64,000 nucleotides of DNA from positions 1 to 64,000 of IMG/VR virus record IMGVR_UViG_2974556156_000001. The stretch is one strand, 5' to 3'. This stretch comes from a virus. Taxonomy: Duplodnaviria > Caudoviricetes. The translations under genes and the position numbers were made by a program. Shown here piece by piece: positions 62,383 to 64,000 of this stretch. Each line of letters begins with the position of its first letter. Within the stretch, counting starts at the first letter, position 1. Below the pieces are notes generated by a model. It was not told the origin of the DNA. It did no database searches and was given only the letters and a program-made list of their open reading frames with translations.

Positions 62383-63191
62383 TCACCGGTGGGGTCGGCG
62401 ACGAAACCCTCGGGCATCGCCCCCACGGCGGCGATCAGCTTGTTGGCGAACTCTTCGCCCGCATCACGGATCTCGTAGCGCGAACTGCTGTCGGTCTGGA
62501 TCGACAACAATCCCGTCTGCGGGTCGTGGGTGACCGTATTAACCCGGCTCGTGGTCACGTTGTGACCGTCGGCGAAGCGCTGCTTGGCGTCCTGATAGAG
62601 GTCGCCCTGGACCCGAACGTGGGCCGGCCCGTATTCGATGATCTTGGGGTTCATCAACACGCCCGTGAAGCCCTGAAGGGCCTCGCGCTCAGCCGCCAGA
62701 TTGCGGTTCAGGACCAGGTCGTCGTCGTACTTGTCGGGGAAGCGCTTCATCAGCTTGGCGATGTTGGCGCGATCGTTCTCCTCCGGCGTCGAGCCGACGG
62801 CGGCCAGACCGATGGCGCGATACCAGGCGATGTCGCCCAGCTCTTCCTTGATGTGCTCGACGTCGAGCGTCGCGCCCTCGAACAGGGCCTCGAAGATCTG
62901 GTCGATCAGCTCGCCAACCTCGGTGGCGATGCCGATCACGGCGTGGAAGACGTCGCGCGGAACAGCGTCCAGATGGATGATGCTGTCCGGCCCGGTCGGC
63001 AGATCAGCCGGCAGTTCGGTGCCGTAGAAGACGTGGCGCTTGATCTGGTCCATCGTCTTGCGGTCACCCAGGAGCTGCCTCGCCTGATTGAGCGCGCGCG
63101 CCAGGGTGCCCACCGGGACGGTGGCGAGATTGTAGTTCGGGCTGTTCGTGCGGAGCGCGAGCGCCTGGTAGTTGAAGGTCTTGTCGTTCAT
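62379..63191 (-). CDS. mazG: MazG nucleotide pyrophosphohydrolase with C-terminal extra domain
   Basis: HAVIGIATEVGEL, IKEELGDIAWY, NIAKL.KRFP; ATG 63191 with GGAAG SD. Confidence 0.88.
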   Translation of the reverse strand: MNDKTFNYQALALRTNSPNYNLATVPVGTLARALNQARQLLGDRKTMDQIKRHVFYGTELPADLPTGPDSIIHLDAVPRDVFHAVIGIATEVGELIDQIFEALFEGATLDVEHIKEELGDIAWYRAIGLAAVGSTPEENDRANIAKLMKRFPDKYDDDLVLNRNLAAEREALQGFTGVLMNPKIIEYGPAHVRVQGDLYQDAKQRFADGHNVTTSRVNTVTHDPQTGLLSIQTDSSSRYEIRDAGEEFANKLIAAVGAMPEGFVADPTGD

Positions 63192-63196
63192 GGGGA

Positions 63197-63335
63197 AGAC
63201 TTCCGTATGCTTAAGCTTGAGGTGTGCTATCACCTTAAGCTCGATTTCAGAGAAATCCATGTGGACGATCGAGATCGGAGATCCCGATCGTCCATGCCGG
63301 CGACCCCAGTTGGGGTCCTGGATCTCCGGCTGATG
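63197..63335 (-). other. densely structured intergenic leader upstream of mazG
   Basis: Four adjacent inverted repeats plus an alternative 9-bp pairing; see findings. Confidence 0.5.
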
Positions 63336-63339
63336 ACGG

Positions 63340-64000
63340 CTAAGACGCCCCGTCGAAGCGGACATGGCGGGTCTCGAACATCTGCGGCAGCTTGTCGTCG
63401 AGCGCCTTGTGGTAGGCGTTGACCAGCATGAACTCGCTGCCCTCAACCCGGCCAATGAGGGTGCCAGAGATGTAGGTCTCGTCGGTATCGTTGGTGATGC
63501 GGACGGGGTCACCAGGGCGCAGCGGCTGACTGATGATCTGACGCAAGGCCCCAGCCGGCACGTTCACCTGGGTGGGGTTCGAGCTTCGGTTGGGGACGTG
63601 GACACAGACCGCCTTGGCATCCTCGACTTGGTCGTAGGGGATCGTGACTTCGATCAGAACGCGAGCGCCTTGACGATACTTGATGGTTTGATTGCACATG
63701 TTGGGGTCGAACCTTTGTTGGAGGGAGAGAAATTCTTCGGTGAGAGTGTCGAATAGCTTTCCACAATCCCACCAGCGCTTGAGATAGAGATACCGATCAC
63801 GAGCAACGCTCTCTTCGATCTCGGCACGCCAGCGTTGGCCTTCGGCGATACATTCCAGCTGGCGCTGCTTCTGAGACATCTTGCGAGCCTCGCGCCGACG
63901 AGCCTCGGTCTCGACGAGTTCGGCCGCCGTCATGCACGGACCAGCCCGAGCGAGAGCCCGCCGGCCGGCGTCGGTGATCATGTAGCCGTCAATGGCATAG
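63340..64000 (-). CDS. hypothetical protein, 5' end probably beyond the window
   Basis: Frame of ORF 63340..63981 stays open to the window edge (YAIDGYMITD...). Confidence 0.65.
   Translation of the reverse strand, partial: YAIDGYMITDAGRRALARAGPCMTAAELVETEARRREARKMSQKQRQLECIAEGQRWRAEIEESVARDRYLYLKRWWDCGKLFDTLTEEFLSLQQRFDPNMCNQTIKYRQGARVLIEVTIPYDQVEDAKAVCVHVPNRSSNPTQVNVPAGALRQIISQPLRPGDPVRITNDTDETYISGTLIGRVEGSEFMLVNAYHKALDDKLPQMFETRHVRFDGAS

Noticed and set aside
63211-63238. CtrA box (TTAA-N7-TTAA)
   Set aside because: The two TTAA are separated by 20 nt, not 7
62379-63512. 377-aa MazG as given by the ORF track
   Set aside because: Upstream part overlaps the preceding gene and the structured gap; ATG 63191 has the SD and starts the recognisable domain
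1-64000. tRNA, tmRNA or rRNA genes
   Set aside because: No cloverleaf with TTCGA T-loop and CCA recognised in any intergenic gap by eye; tRNAscan-SE/ARAGORN would be decisive

Overview
The window is most of the genome of a high-GC (about 60-65% in coding regions, judged by eye) tailed dsDNA bacteriophage. The long tape-measure protein and lambda-like tail tip (L/K/I/J equivalents) indicate siphovirus morphology. An alphaproteobacterial host is plausible but is inference only. There are two transcriptional arms. The + arm (5463-40199) carries a GpA-type terminase, portal, protease/scaffold, capsid, neck, tail, fibre cassette, lysis genes and a lectin-like accessory trio. The - arm (5341 to 96, then >64000 to 40236) carries a primase-helicase, small early genes, two MazG-like proteins, a Gp88-like Fe-S protein, SF2 helicase, SSB-like protein, 5'-3' exonuclease, PolA, resolvase, DEDDh exonuclease, SbcCD, ligase, HD hydrolase, ThyX, dNMP kinase and class Ia RNR. 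The arms converge on a hairpin terminator at about 40204-40232. I saw no integrase, tRNA, CRISPR array, reverse transcriptase or intein, and the genome continues past 64000. The most interesting signals, none shown by the ORF track, are: (i) a repeated 9-bp box TAT(G/T)CACTT, in 10-bp-period tandem arrays at two divergent promoters and single at a third, next to two ribbon-helix-helix genes, a candidate operator regulon; (ii) hairpins or palindromes covering the ribosome-binding sites of three genes on the - arm; (iii) an iteron-like repeat array beside the primase; (iv) a -1 frameshift tail chaperone and a probable CTG-initiated neck gene; (v) a multi-gene fibre cassette with a 21-aa repeat protein and a low-GC receptor-binding insert; (vi) a densely structured RNA leader with mutually exclusive pairings upstream of mazG. 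All family assignments come from motif recognition by eye; no database searches were run.
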